From an uncultured Bacteriovoracaceae bacterium (GTDB lineage: Bacteria; Bdellovibrionota; Bacteriovoracia; Bacteriovoracales; Bacteriovoracaceae): a stretch of DNA of 64,000 nucleotides. This document shows, piece after piece, positions 1 to 10,305 of this stretch. Where the stretch lies: positions 20,892 to 84,891 of the forward strand of contig CAXGUD010000017.1 in NCBI GenBank assembly GCA_964012805.1. The letters are read 5' to 3'. The notes below the pieces were generated by a model that had not been told where the DNA came from, did not search any database, and worked only from the letters and a program-made list of their open reading frames with translations. Made by a program: the position numbers and the translations under genes. How positions within the stretch are numbered: position 1 is the stretch's first letter; each line of letters begins with the position of its first letter.

Positions 1-1
1 A

Positions 2-3000
2 GAAGCTAAAAATGAATTCCAGAGAAAAAATCCCGATAAAAATATTTGGGTTGCTGGTGCTTTTGGGCCAACCAATAGAACTGCAAGTATTAGCCCGGAT
101 GTAAATGATCCTTCTTATAGAGCAGTCACCTTTGACGAGCTCTGTGATAACTACTTTGAACAAGCGGAAGGCTTGAGTGAGGGTGGTGCAGATATTTTCA
201 TTGTTGAAACAGTTTTTGATACCCTAAATTTAAAAGCAGCAGTATTTGCTATTGAAAAATTCAAAGAAAAATACCCTGAAAAAAATATTCCGCTTATGAT
301 TTCAGTCACTATTACGGATGCAAGTGGAAGAACGCTTTCAGGACAAACAGTTGAAGCATTTTGGAATTCAATTAGGCACTCAAAACCTTTATCTGTTGGT
401 ATAAATTGTGCATTAGGTGCAAAAGCAATGGAGCCTTACATTGAAGAGCTTTCCAAAATTTCAGACTGTTATGTCAGCTGCTACCCAAATGCCGGCTTAC
501 CTAACCCTTTAAGCAAAACTGGTTACGATGAAACGCCAGAAGATACAGCTCACCAACTCAAGCGTTTTGCCGAGAAAGGTCTTATTAACATAGTAGGAGG
601 TTGTTGCGGGACAACTCCTAACCACATAAAAGCAATTATTGAAAAAACAAAAGTGTTTACCCCTAGAAGACGACCATCTATTAAAGTAGAAACTAGACTC
701 AGCGGTCTAGAACCTCTAAATATACCTCCTGAAAAAGATAAGCCCTTTTTTATGATCGGTGAAAGGACTAACGTTACAGGCTCACCAAAATTTAGAAGAT
801 TAATTAAGGAAAATAATTTTGAAGAAGCTATATCTGTTGCGAGACAACAGGTTGAAAATGGAGCAAACATAATTGATATAAACTTTGATGAAGGTTTACT
901 AGATTCAGAAAAGTGTATGGTTAAATTTTTAAATCTTTTAGCAGCAGAGCCTGATATCTGTCGTGTCCCCTTTATGATAGATTCATCAAAATGGGAAATT
1001 TTAGAATCTGGATTAAAGTGCATCCAGGGCAAACCTATCGTTAATTCGATTTCACTTAAAGAAGGTGAAGAGAGCTTTATTTCAAAAGCCAAAAAATTAA
1101 TGAAATATGGAGCTGCTGTAGTTGTTATGGCATTTGATGAAAAAGGACAAGCCGCTGAAAAAGATGATAAGGTTAATATATGCAAAAGAGCTTATAAATT
1201 ACTCAAATCTATTAATTTTCCTCCTGAAGATATAGTCTTCGATCCCAATGTTTTAACTGTTGCAACTGGTATGGAAGAGCATAACAACTATGCCGTAGAT
1301 TTTATTGAATCAATAAAAGAGATAAAAGAAAGTTGCCCTTATGCACTTACAAGTGGAGGTATCAGCAATATTAGTTTTAGCTTAAGAGGGAATAACTATG
1401 TCAGAGAGGCCATGCACTCATCTTTTCTTTTTCATTCGATTAAGTCAGGGTTAGATATGGGTATTGTAAATGCTGGAATGCTGACAGTTTACGATGATAT
1501 TGAAAAGCCTCTTCTTGAAAAAGTAGAGGATGTCTTGTTAAACAGAAATAATGATAGTACGGAAATGCTTATTGATTACTCAGAGCAATTTAAGGGCCAA
1601 TCAAAAAATATAAAAAAATCTAATACGGAATGGAGGAACAAAAGTATAGGAGAAAGAATATCTCATTCTCTTGTTCATGGTATAACTGATTATATTTTGG
1701 AAGATACGGAGGAAGCTAGGAAAAGCAAAGAAAGACCATTAGATGTTATTGAAGGTCCTCTCATGGACGGAATGAAAATTGTTGGACAACTTTTTGGGGA
1801 CGGTAAAATGTTTCTTCCTCAAGTTGTTAAAAGTGCCAGAGTAATGAAGAAAGCTGTTAATTATCTTGAACCTTTTATGGAAGAAGAAAAGAAAAGCAAC
1901 AGGGATTTTAGGGAACGGGGAACATTTGTAATTGCGACAGTAAAAGGTGATGTTCATGACATTGGTAAAAATATTGTAGCCGTTGTCCTTGCATGTAACG
2001 GATACAAAATAATAGATTTAGGTGTAATGGTATCAATAGAAAACATTATTAAGGCCCTTAAAGAACATAAAGCAGATATATTTGGAATGAGTGGTTTAAT
2101 AACGCCTTCTCTAGATGAGATGATCTATAACGTGCAAAAAATCAAAGATGAAAATATTAATATACCAATTTTGATTGGTGGAGCTACTACATCAAAAACA
2201 CATACAGCAGTAAAAATAGCACCACATACAAGTAATCCAATTATACACGTTTCTGATGCTTCATTAGCTGTGAATGTTTGTCAAAAAGCTCTAGACCCTA
2301 AAAAAAGAGATACTTATATTAAAGAGATAAAAGAATCTCAAACAAAATTGAAAGAAAACTTTTTGAAAAGTAAGGAGTCTATCAATTTATTATCACTAAA
2401 AAAGGCTCAGTCTAACCGACTAAAAATTGACTGGGATAATTTTAAAGAACCAAAGCCAGAATTTATAGGAACCAAATTATATAATAATATAGAACTTGGG
2501 GAAATTTCTTCATACATAGACTGGTCCCCTTTCTTTTGGACATGGGAACTTAAGGGAACCTACCCAAAAATTCTATCCCATAAAAGTTATGGCAAACAAG
2601 CAAAAAGCCTTTTCGAAGATGCTCAAACTTATCTTAAAAACATCATTGATAAAAAAATATTCAAGCCTTTAGCAATAGCAGCTATATGGAAAGCCAATAG
2701 TGAAGGTGATGATATAAACATTTATGATATCTCAGATGAAAAAAAATTAAGAGGTAAGTTTCATTTTTTGAGGCAACAACAGCCGAAAACTAAAACATCT
2801 TATAGTCTTAGTGATTTTGTTGCACCAACAAGTAGTGGAAAAAATGACTACATTGGTGGTTTTGCTGTCACCATTGGAAATGAAGTTGAAAATTATGCTA
2901 AAACTTTTGAAGACATAGGGGATGACTATTCATCTATTTTAATTAAAGCAATCGGAGATAGGCTTGCTGAGGCATTGGCAGAACTGATTCACAAAAAAAT

Positions 3001-3361
3001 GAGATCACTTTTCTATCCTCATGAAAAAGAAGACCTAACACTTAATGATCTTATAAAAGAAAAGTACTCCGGCATAAGGCCTGCTCATGGATATCCAGCT
3101 TGTCCCGATCATACAGAGAAAACTTTTTTATGGGACCTACTTGATGTGGAAAGTAAAATAGGAGTATCCCTTACAACCTCTTTTGCGATGAATCCACCAA
3201 GTTCTGTGTCAGGACTCTACTTTTTCAATAATGAAGCTAAGTACTTTAATATTGGCCTAATTTCACAAGAGCAAGTTAAAAGCTATTCAAACCGAAAAGA
3301 TATTTCTGAGAAGGAAGCTGAAAAGTGGCTTTCTAGTAATCTTGGGTATACGGTTGAATAG
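2..3361 (+). CDS. metH: Cobalamin-dependent methionine synthase, 5'-truncated by the window edge
   Basis: The frame is open from base 2 (EAKNEF...[11 protein letters not shown]), so the ORF-track start at 173 is internal. Motifs: GGCCG (Hcy/Zn), [10 protein letters not shown] (pterin domain), DVHDIG (B12 binding), [12 protein letters not shown] (activation domain). Confidence 0.98.
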   Translation, partial: EAKNEFQRKNPDKNIWVAGAFGPTNRTASISPDVNDPSYRAVTFDELCDNYFEQAEGLSEGGADIFIVETVFDTLNLKAAVFAIEKFKEKYPEKNIPLMISVTITDASGRTLSGQTVEAFWNSIRHSKPLSVGINCALGAKAMEPYIEELSKISDCYVSCYPNAGLPNPLSKTGYDETPEDTAHQLKRFAEKGLINIVGGCCGTTPNHIKAIIEKTKVFTPRRRPSIKVETRLSGLEPLNIPPEKDKPFFMIGERTNVTGSPKFRRLIKENNFEEAISVARQQVENGANIIDINFDEGLLDSEKCMVKFLNLLAAEPDICRVPFMIDSSKWEILESGLKCIQGKPIVNSISLKEGEESFISKAKKLMKYGAAVVVMAFDEKGQAAEKDDKVNICKRAYKLLKSINFPPEDIVFDPNVLTVATGMEEHNNYAVDFIESIKEIKESCPYALTSGGISNISFSLRGNNYVREAMHSSFLFHSIKSGLDMGIVNAGMLTVYDDIEKPLLEKVEDVLLNRNNDSTEMLIDYSEQFKGQSKNIKKSNTEWRNKSIGERISHSLVHGITDYILEDTEEARKSKERPLDVIEGPLMDGMKIVGQLFGDGKMFLPQVVKSARVMKKAVNYLEPFMEEEKKSNRDFRERGTFVIATVKGDVHDIGKNIVAVVLACNGYKIIDLGVMVSIENIIKALKEHKADIFGMSGLITPSLDEMIYNVQKIKDENINIPILIGGATTSKTHTAVKIAPHTSNPIIHVSDASLAVNVCQKALDPKKRDTYIKEIKESQTKLKENFLKSKESINLLSLKKAQSNRLKIDWDNFKEPKPEFIGTKLYNNIELGEISSYIDWSPFFWTWELKGTYPKILSHKSYGKQAKSLFEDAQTYLKNIIDKKIFKPLAIAAIWKANSEGDDINIYDISDEKKLRGKFHFLRQQQPKTKTSYSLSDFVAPTSSGKNDYIGGFAVTIGNEVENYAKTFEDIGDDYSSILIKAIGDRLAEALAELIHKKMRSLFYPHEKEDLTLNDLIKEKYSGIRPAHGYPACPDHTEKTFLWDLLDVESKIGVSLTTSFAMNPPSSVSGLYFFNNEAKYFNIGLISQEQVKSYSNRKDISEKEAEKWLSSNLGYTVE

Positions 3362-3412
3362 ATATAATTAAATTCATTTTGACTTTAAATTAATTACGTA
3401 ATAAGTAAAATT

Positions 3413-3859
3413 ATGGATAATGATATCATAATTGAAGAAATTGATTCCGCTCTTAAAAAAGCTCGTTTCACATTGCCAGAAAGAGTTATTAAAAGTGAAG
3501 ACCTAAAAGAGTTGGCTTATTCTAGTAAAAACATTAAACAATTTTGCTTAATGATAAAAATGATTTTTATTTTTCATCAATCTAACCCTCAAAATAAAAG
3601 CATTCTATCTCTTCTCAAAGATTCTGTCTCAAAATCAGGCTATCCTTATAATGAGTGGCTCGAAGCCATTGAGTACCTTTCAATATGGTTAAGTAAAAGA
3701 AACTCTCACGGTTGCTTAAAAGATATAATTCAATATATTTCTTGTATTGTAGAGTTCAACTCCAATAAAATTCCTCAAAGCCTTTGCATCCTATTAGAAC
3801 TCATGCTCGATACATATGGCTTTGATAAAAAAACTAAAAGCTTAAACATTCATTCATAA
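3413..3859 (+). CDS. Hypothetical protein (148 aa, helical-looking)
   Basis: ATG ORF 51 bp after metH, filling the gap up to the convergent gene; no recognisable motif. Confidence 0.7.
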   Translation: MDNDIIIEEIDSALKKARFTLPERVIKSEDLKELAYSSKNIKQFCLMIKMIFIFHQSNPQNKSILSLLKDSVSKSGYPYNEWLEAIEYLSIWLSKRNSHGCLKDIIQYISCIVEFNSNKIPQSLCILLELMLDTYGFDKKTKSLNIHS

Positions 3860-4946
3860 GTTTACGAACAAGAAACTTTGAAATTGCTGGTGACGCTGTA
3901 AATCCAGGTGATTCAATTCCACATAACTCAAAATAGCCAGGTATCCCAAGATCCTTTGGCCCCTTTATCCAAAAATCATCGTAGTACTGTCCATTCTTTT
4001 TTATTTTAGAGCGTATACCAGAATAGTCTAGATGAAGCTTTTTCTCGTCAATATGTTTATAAATTTTAGAAATAGTTTCTATCATTTTTTTTGTAATATC
4101 ATCGTCTTTCATTTCGTATTCTATCTTATTTACTTCAAATGAGTTAGGACCGAATCGAATACTTCCGTCTGAATCAAAACTTGTATGAATCCCTAATCCT
4201 TCTAAGTTCTTATCGGGAATAGGATAAATTAATGATGGGCATGGGATTTTACCTGAATATTTTAAATAATAACCTTTTACAAAATATTCTTCTATGTCAT
4301 CTAGGCCTATCTTTTTTCTAATTTTAACAGAATCTAAACCACAAGCATTAATCAAAAACTTTGTCTCGATGACTTCATCTTTTGTTTCAACTATAATATT
4401 GTTTTTACCTCTTCTAATATCCAAGACCTCATGCTCTTTTAAAAGTGGTATCCTTTTCTTAAAAACACGTTTTTCTACCTCTTTTATTACTTGACCAAGA
4501 TCAATTACGCCTGTTTCCTTAGAAAAGAAAGCCTTCTTAACATTTATTATTTTTCTTAATTTCTCTATTTCATTTTTTTTTACCCAAGATATATTTTTTA
4601 TATTATTTTCTTTAGCCTGATTAAAAATTTTTTCTAAAAAAGGTATCTCATCTTCATTAATTGCAATTAAATATTTTCCACACTTTTTAACATCAATATC
4701 AATTTCTTCTCCCATTTTATACCATAACCTATTTCCTTCTATGCAAAACTTTTTCTTAAGTGAATGAAAAGGATAATAAATACCAGCATGGAGAACACCA
4801 CTGTTCCTACTCGAAGAATGTTCCCCTACAAACCTCTCTTTTTCCAAAATGGCAAAATCTAATCCCGGAAATGCCATTTCTACTTCCAATCCAATCAACA
4901 TTCCTAGTATCCCACCCCCAACAATTACTCCATCTAACTCTATCAT
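3834..4946 (-). CDS. FAD-dependent oxidoreductase, L-2-hydroxyglutarate oxidase (LhgO) family
   Basis: GGGILG Rossmann motif, SSRNSGVLHAGIYY, LIYPIP...GLGIH, GIESPGFTASPAI. Confidence 0.9.
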   Translation of the reverse strand: MIELDGVIVGGGILGMLIGLEVEMAFPGLDFAILEKERFVGEHSSSRNSGVLHAGIYYPFHSLKKKFCIEGNRLWYKMGEEIDIDVKKCGKYLIAINEDEIPFLEKIFNQAKENNIKNISWVKKNEIEKLRKIINVKKAFFSKETGVIDLGQVIKEVEKRVFKKRIPLLKEHEVLDIRRGKNNIIVETKDEVIETKFLINACGLDSVKIRKKIGLDDIEEYFVKGYYLKYSGKIPCPSLIYPIPDKNLEGLGIHTSFDSDGSIRFGPNSFEVNKIEYEMKDDDITKKMIETISKIYKHIDEKKLHLDYSGIRSKIKKNGQYYDDFWIKGPKDLGIPGYFELCGIESPGFTASPAISKFLVRKLMNECLSF

Positions 4947-4954
4947 TAACGTTC

Positions 4955-5449
4955 CTAGTTTTTTAAAGCTTCCCTAATTAAATCACGATAATCACAATAA
5001 CCCCAAAAGAAAACTTTTTTCATGGATATGTAATCTTTAGTTTCAGCAATTAGATTCTGCCTCTCTACTTTTTTTAAAAGCTCATCTATTTGGTAAAGGT
5101 GATGCTCTAAAATATTCTGCTCCTCTTTTTTTAGCCATACCTTTTTCAAACCAAATTGAAGATTATCTCTTTTTATTAAATAAATATTGATAAAATATTC
5201 AAAGAGTTCCTTTATTTCACTTTTTATATTTTCAATTTTTTTGATCTCTAAAAAGGCTTTTTTTTCTTTTTTATATTCAATCCCAAGTAAAGCTTCATTT
5301 TTTGACAATACATCCTCTTTTAAAAAACGATTAATAATTTTTTCTAATATTTTTTTATTAATTAAACTTTCTTTAGATAAAGATTCAATATTTTTTTTAC
5401 CATAGTAGAGCGCTTCCAAAGCAACTCTTTCTAAGAGAACTAAACTCAT
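4955..5449 (-). CDS. Hypothetical protein with a possible N-terminal winged-helix domain
   Basis: N-terminus (ALEALYYGKKNIESLSKESLINKKILEKIINRFLKEDVL) has wHTH-like spacing; 8 bp upstream of the LhgO-family gene. Confidence 0.65.
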   Translation of the reverse strand: MSLVLLERVALEALYYGKKNIESLSKESLINKKILEKIINRFLKEDVLSKNEALLGIEYKKEKKAFLEIKKIENIKSEIKELFEYFINIYLIKRDNLQFGLKKVWLKKEEQNILEHHLYQIDELLKKVERQNLIAETKDYISMKKVFFWGYCDYRDLIREALKN

Positions 5450-5470
5450 TTTTACTTTCCTTTAAATAAT

Positions 5471-5776
5471 TTAATTTATTTTTTTCAATTCTGAAATTTT
5501 TATGGTTCTTTTCATAAAATTAGTAATCTCTAATATTTTTTCCTCATCTAACTTAAAAGCGCATTCGTTTGCTAAGGATACTATTTTCAAAGTTTTATCG
5601 AGGTTAAAAAGAGATTTTTTTTGAAAGATCTCGAACTCTTTTAACTTCATTTCCTTCCCATGAAGTATTCTAAAGACTCTTGTTAGTTGGATTCCAGTAT
5701 CCTTAGAGATTTCTTTTAGAGTTTTAAATCCAGTTGAGCGAATATATTTATCAATTACCCACATTTGCAATGACAT
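5471..5776 (-). CDS. Small XRE-like helix-turn-helix protein
   Basis: TLKEISKDTGIQLTRVFRILHG HTH pattern; strong AAGGAGG Shine-Dalgarno upstream. Confidence 0.75.
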   Translation of the reverse strand: MSLQMWVIDKYIRSTGFKTLKEISKDTGIQLTRVFRILHGKEMKLKEFEIFQKKSLFNLDKTLKIVSLANECAFKLDEEKILEITNFMKRTIKISELKKIN

Positions 5777-5816
5777 CTTTATAAACCTCCTTAAAAGTCA
5801 TGTTTATCATTAAGGA

Positions 5817-5833
5817 AGCAATATCAATGCCAA
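5817..5833 (-). promoter_or_regulatory. Sigma54 (-24/-12) promoter
   Basis: The minus strand reads TTGGCATTGATATTGCT, matching TGGCAC-N5-TTGCW with correct GG-N10-GC spacing, 40 bp upstream of the start at 5776. Confidence 0.8.
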
Positions 5834-5845
5834 AAAAATAAAATA

Positions 5846-5858
5846 TAAGTATTTGAAA
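5846..5858 (-). promoter_or_regulatory. Putative IHF-binding site
   Basis: Minus strand TTTCAAATACTTA, one mismatch to WATCAA-N4-TTR, just upstream of the -24 element. Confidence 0.5.
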
Positions 5859-5887
5859 TTTCGAAGGTACAAAAATGAGCAGTGATG

Positions 5888-5924
5888 AACTTTAGTTAAC
5901 TTTTTGTTTCTTTTAACTAAAGTT
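5888..5924. repeat. Perfect 12-bp inverted repeat (candidate sigma54 activator site or 3' hairpin of the response regulator gene)
   Basis: AACTTTAGTTAA-N13-TTAACTAAAGTT. Confidence 0.6.
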
Positions 5925-5935
5925 ACATTTTGTCC

Positions 5936-6292
5936 TTACTTTTTTAGGAGATATTTTGCAAAAGAGACAATTTTCCTAATATTAAAAGGCTTTTCAAAGA
6001 ATAGAAGATTTCCATAATTATCTACTTCATCTATTCTTCCAGAAATCATTAAAATTCCAGACTTCTTACACTTATTTTCTTTATTTTTTAGTGCTTCAAC
6101 AAAGTCAACTCCATTTAAATAAGGCATTGCAAAGTCGACCGTCATCAAATCATAAAAATTTTCTTTCGCTTTAAGAAAGGCATCTAGGCCATCTTCGGCT
6201 ATATCTATTTCGCAATCAAACTCTTCTTCAAGAGACATCTGTATAATCTCTCTTATGTCTTCCTCGTCATCTACCACTAGAAATTTGTACAT
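5936..6292 (-). CDS. Single-domain response regulator (CheY-like receiver)
   Basis: LVVDDE, phospho-acceptor Asp (MTVDFAMP), ISG and KPF motifs all present. Confidence 0.93.
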   Translation of the reverse strand: MYKFLVVDDEEDIREIIQMSLEEEFDCEIDIAEDGLDAFLKAKENFYDLMTVDFAMPYLNGVDFVEALKNKENKCKKSGILMISGRIDEVDNYGNLLFFEKPFNIRKIVSFAKYLLKK

Positions 6293-6426
6293 TGGGTGCC
6301 GCCTGGGTACAGAATTTAATCAGTTTTTAGTCGGTTCACAAAATTATATCAAAAATCATTTTTTGATTTTAGTCGTAAATTTTTCCTGAATTCATAAAAG
6401 AAGCTTAACTATCTTGAGTAAATCTC

Positions 6427-7326
6427 TTAACTTTTCCCAACACTTGAACCTAGTTTTAAAAAAACCTCTAAACCTTTCGACGTCCATTTTTGTATATCTT
6501 GAGAAGGTTCCCATGCTCCTTTTTGTCCAAGAACAATCACCGTCGATCCACCAAATAAGAAGTACCCTTTTTCTTGACCCCTCATAAAGTTTGTTTTCTC
6601 ATAGGTCTGAACAATTTTCCCAACCATCATCGCTCCGACCTCTACATAGGCAATTCTTCCAAAGTTCTTAGTTTCGAGGATTGTGACATGCCTTTCATTT
6701 TTAAGGAAAATATCATTCTTCTTCTTAAGTGCTACAGGGTTCACAGAGTCTAAAGCACCATGCACTTTATAGAAGTCTAAAACCTCTCCCTCGTCTGGAA
6801 AATGAAACCGATGATAATCAGAAGGGCAAAGCCTTCCAATTAAAAGAGGGCCATCTAAAAACTCTTTACTCCACTTTTCGTTGGAAACAATCTTCTCAGG
6901 GTCTAAAAACTTTCCCTTTACCGGCAACTTTACATGAGGACCCACAGATTTATAGCCAAGATAACGCCCCTCGGCAAAAGCACCCATCTCAGAGGAGTCC
7001 TCGGGAAAAGATCTCTCACCCTCTTTAAACTTCCTCACAAAAAAATTATTAAAGCTCGAAAAGGGCTGGTCTTTAGAGCAGCCCTCCTCCAGTTGGAATT
7101 CACACATTTGGATATCAAAATCCTTAATAAATTTGTTAATTTTATGCTGACTCAAAAGTGAGCTATTTTGAACAGCACCGTATATTTTGCTCAAATTAGG
7201 GCCACTCAAAAACTTACTGATCATAAGACCAGGAGTTGTTCCATACAACCACTTAATGGCTTTTTCACCGTAAACCTTTTCTAATTGAAAACAATCTTTT
7301 TCCCTGTTAAAAACTTTAATTTCCAC
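6427..7326 (-). CDS. psd: Phosphatidylserine decarboxylase proenzyme (GGST type)
   Basis: FNNFFVRKFK, RLCPSDYHRFHFP, VGAMMVGKI and the GYFLFGGSTV self-cleavage motif; GTG start. Confidence 0.93.
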   Translation of the reverse strand: MEIKVFNREKDCFQLEKVYGEKAIKWLYGTTPGLMISKFLSGPNLSKIYGAVQNSSLLSQHKINKFIKDFDIQMCEFQLEEGCSKDQPFSSFNNFFVRKFKEGERSFPEDSSEMGAFAEGRYLGYKSVGPHVKLPVKGKFLDPEKIVSNEKWSKEFLDGPLLIGRLCPSDYHRFHFPDEGEVLDFYKVHGALDSVNPVALKKKNDIFLKNERHVTILETKNFGRIAYVEVGAMMVGKIVQTYEKTNFMRGQEKGYFLFGGSTVIVLGQKGAWEPSQDIQKWTSKGLEVFLKLGSSVGKS

Positions 7327-7440
7327 CTAAGAATCCTTGAAAAGTTGTACCTGAAATATATTATAACCTTATCACTTGGGCCACGTGGGAAGGTCTACTT
7401 TTTTAATTAAATCCACTCTTAAAACCGTAGGAGTTGTTTT

Positions 7441-8508
7441 GTGAAAAAATTAAATAAATATTATTTTATCATTATTTTAGTGGCACTCTCTCTTTCACTA
7501 AACTTTAAAGGGAGTTCTAAATTAAATGATAACCAGCTTTTATTGGAAAACGAAAAAAATACAATAAATATTTTTAGAACCTCAGTTCACTCTGTGGTAA
7601 ACATTACAAACGTCAAAATAGGCAGGGCTTCTTGGCCATTTGGCAGAACTCAAGAAAGAAAGGGTGGAATTGGCTCTGGTTTTGTTTGGGATAGCGATGG
7701 ACACATTGTGACAAATAGTCACGTTGTTTCAGGAGGAAACTCCTTTCTTGTTTCTTTTCACAAAGATAAAAAACAATACAAAGCTAAAATTATCGGAGCT
7801 GAACCAAATAAAGATATTGCTATTTTAAAACTTGTCGACATGCCCACCTCTTTAAAACCTGTTCAAATAGGTTCTTCAAACAACCTCTTAGTAGGGCAAA
7901 AAACCCTGGCCATTGGGAGCCCCTACGGCTTAGATCATACAATGACCTCTGGAATTATTTCTGCACTTAAACGTGTTATTGAAGGATTTGGGGGGGTAAC
8001 AATTAAAGGCGTTATTCAAACAGATGCCTCAATCAATCCAGGAAACTCCGGTGGTCCTCTTCTAAACTCAGCCGGTCAACTTATTGGAATGAACACAAGC
8101 ATTGTTAGCACAAGTGGAGCAAGCGCAGGACTAGGCTTTGCAGTTCCAGTAGATACGATCAAAAGAGTTGTTCCTCAGCTCATAAAATACGGTAAAGTCA
8201 TAAGACCAGGCTTAGGCATTGGAATTGAAGAAAACTATACAGGAAAAAGGAAAGGTTTAATTGTTTTATACACTCAAGAAAATGGCGCTGCCGAAAAAGC
8301 TGGTCTAAGGGGAGTCAGACAAGATGCTTACGGAAAACGTTATTTGGGCGATATCATTTTGAAAATAAATGGCAAGGAAACCAATTCATACAACGACATT
8401 TATCATATTTTAGATAATTATAAAGTTGGTGACACCATTGAAGTAACATTTTTAAGAAATGGTGAAATTAAAACAACAACAGTCAAACTAACCCCATTAT
8501 CTTATTAA
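7441..8508 (+). CDS. htrA: HtrA/DegP-family serine protease with one PDZ domain
   Basis: N-terminal hydrophobic segment, GSGFVWD, TNSHVV (His), DIAIL (Asp), INPGNSGGPL (Ser), C-terminal PDZ. Confidence 0.95.
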   Translation: MKKLNKYYFIIILVALSLSLNFKGSSKLNDNQLLLENEKNTINIFRTSVHSVVNITNVKIGRASWPFGRTQERKGGIGSGFVWDSDGHIVTNSHVVSGGNSFLVSFHKDKKQYKAKIIGAEPNKDIAILKLVDMPTSLKPVQIGSSNNLLVGQKTLAIGSPYGLDHTMTSGIISALKRVIEGFGGVTIKGVIQTDASINPGNSGGPLLNSAGQLIGMNTSIVSTSGASAGLGFAVPVDTIKRVVPQLIKYGKVIRPGLGIGIEENYTGKRKGLIVLYTQENGAAEKAGLRGVRQDAYGKRYLGDIILKINGKETNSYNDIYHILDNYKVGDTIEVTFLRNGEIKTTTVKLTPLSY

Positions 8509-8525
8509 AGAAGGAGAATCCACCT

Positions 8526-9239
8526 ATGAACAAGAGCTCTCTTACTAATTTTATATCTTTAATGGTCATCTTTTTAGGTCATTACAGCCCTATCTATAAG
8601 GAGCAAATCCTATCAATTGGTTACTTTGCTCTTTCCGGAGCAATAACGAATTGGCTAGCTATCCACATGTTATTTGAGAAAGTTCCAGGGCTTTATGGCT
8701 CAGGAGTTATACCTTCAAGGTTTAAGGAGTTTAAAGAAGGAATACACTCTCTCATAATGGGTCAATTCTTTACTCGAGCAAATATTAAAAAGTTTTTTGC
8801 GGATAAAGAGGAAAGCCTTCTAGACAAACTTGACCTGACGAACCTCTTAGATAGCCTAGATTACAAAAAGTTTTTTGATGGACTCATTGAAACTATTGAA
8901 CAATCCTCCTTTGCCCCTATGCTTATGATGGTTGGAGGAACAGGTGCTCTTGAGCCAATGCGAGGGCCATTTACTGAAAAAATGAAAAACACTCTCCATG
9001 ACTATATCCAAACTGAGGAATTTAAAGAAAACCTAAAGTCCACAGAAAAGTCTAATGATATTAAAGAGGAAATTATTCAAAAGGTTGAAGTTATTGTCCA
9101 AAAAAGGTTGGATGAACTCACTCCTGAAATGGTAAAAACAATCATTCAGGAAATGATCAAAAAACACCTAGGATGGCTAGTCGTATGGGGCGGCGTCTTT
9201 GGAGGTGCTATAGGACTTATAATGAGCCTTTTAAAATAA
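8526..9239 (+). CDS. DUF445-family membrane protein
   Basis: GAITNWLAIHMLF near the N-terminus and LVVWGGVFGGAIG at the C-terminus. Confidence 0.85.
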   Translation: MNKSSLTNFISLMVIFLGHYSPIYKEQILSIGYFALSGAITNWLAIHMLFEKVPGLYGSGVIPSRFKEFKEGIHSLIMGQFFTRANIKKFFADKEESLLDKLDLTNLLDSLDYKKFFDGLIETIEQSSFAPMLMMVGGTGALEPMRGPFTEKMKNTLHDYIQTEEFKENLKSTEKSNDIKEEIIQKVEVIVQKRLDELTPEMVKTIIQEMIKKHLGWLVVWGGVFGGAIGLIMSLLK

Positions 9240-9288
9240 AAGGCTCATTTATTCTGAAAAATATTTTAACAAAAAATGGCCCTAATTT

Positions 9289-10305
9289 TTAAGCATTGGG
9301 GTCTATCGCATCTCTTACTCCACTTCCAATAATACTCAATAAAAACAAAGTTGAGAATAAAGCAAGTGAAGGATAGAAAGCTAACCACCAAGCTGTCGTA
9401 AAGTTTTTCTGAGCTTGGTTTAAAAGCTCTCCCCAACTTGGCGTTGGAACAGGAAGACCAAACCCAAGATAATCAAGTCCTGCCAAAGCAGAAATGTTCC
9501 CTGCAATGATAAAAGGTGCAAAGGTGATAAGTGGTGTCAAAGAGTTAGGCAGTATATGCTTAAAAAGAATTGAAGGAGTTGATGCCCCAAGAGACTTAGC
9601 AGCTTCTACAAAGTCTCTCTTCCTATTCTTTAAAAACTCAGCCCTGATATAGTAACTCATTGGTATCCAACCCAGAAAGCAAGATACGAAAATAAGAAGA
9701 GGAAGGTTTGGTTTGTAAATCGCAATTAAAGTCAGCAAAATAAAAAATTGAGGCATGGTTTGAAGAATCTCTATAATTCTTTGGCCTAAGAAGTCTATCT
9801 TACCCCCAAAAAATCCCATGATCGCACCGACGATAGCACCTAGAACTGTTGTAATTAACCAGACGACAAAGGCATAAATTATACTGTATTTAAACCCATA
9901 CAAAAGCCTCGTTAAAACATCTCTTCCTCTATCATCAGTTCCTAGAAGGTTGATATCTGAGGGAGGCGAAGGATAATTAGCAACATTTTGGTTACTTTCA
10001 TTAGGATTCCATTTGATGATTGGCCAAACAGAAAAATCATCTTCGCCCAACTTTATCCTTCTGTAATCCACCGAAAGGATATCTGTAATTCCAAAGTTCC
10101 TTGGATGATAATCTTTAACAACTGGAAAATAATAGGTGCCCTTGTACTTCATTAAAATAGGCTTACTATTCGCCAAAAAAGGTGAAATAAAAGTTGCAAC
10201 CAGCATTATCAAAAAGATAATGCATGATACAACGGCGAGCCTTCTTCTTTTAAAACTTCGCCAACGTTTTAGACTCAATTCGTTTTTTATAAATTTTTCA
10301 ATCAT
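9289..10305 (-). CDS. yejE: Peptide ABC transporter permease (YejE/OppC type)
   Basis: LGTDDRGRDV, EAAKSLGA (EAA loop), LDYLGFGLP...SWGELL. Confidence 0.9.
   Translation of the reverse strand: MIEKFIKNELSLKRWRSFKRRRLAVVSCIIFLIMLVATFISPFLANSKPILMKYKGTYYFPVVKDYHPRNFGITDILSVDYRRIKLGEDDFSVWPIIKWNPNESNQNVANYPSPPSDINLLGTDDRGRDVLTRLLYGFKYSIIYAFVVWLITTVLGAIVGAIMGFFGGKIDFLGQRIIEILQTMPQFFILLTLIAIYKPNLPLLIFVSCFLGWIPMSYYIRAEFLKNRKRDFVEAAKSLGASTPSILFKHILPNSLTPLITFAPFIIAGNISALAGLDYLGFGLPVPTPSWGELLNQAQKNFTTAWWLAFYPSLALFSTLFLLSIIGSGVRDAIDPNA

Noticed and set aside
550..1957. Antisense ORFs inside metH (550-1185, 1739-1957)
   Set aside because: They lie wholly within a conserved gene and have no motifs; expected shadow ORFs.
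6326..6375. TTTTAGTCG direct repeat and ATCAAAAA/TTTTTGAT hairpin upstream of the response regulator
   Set aside because: Short, low-complexity and AT-rich; the sigma28-like -10 elements lack a matching -35.
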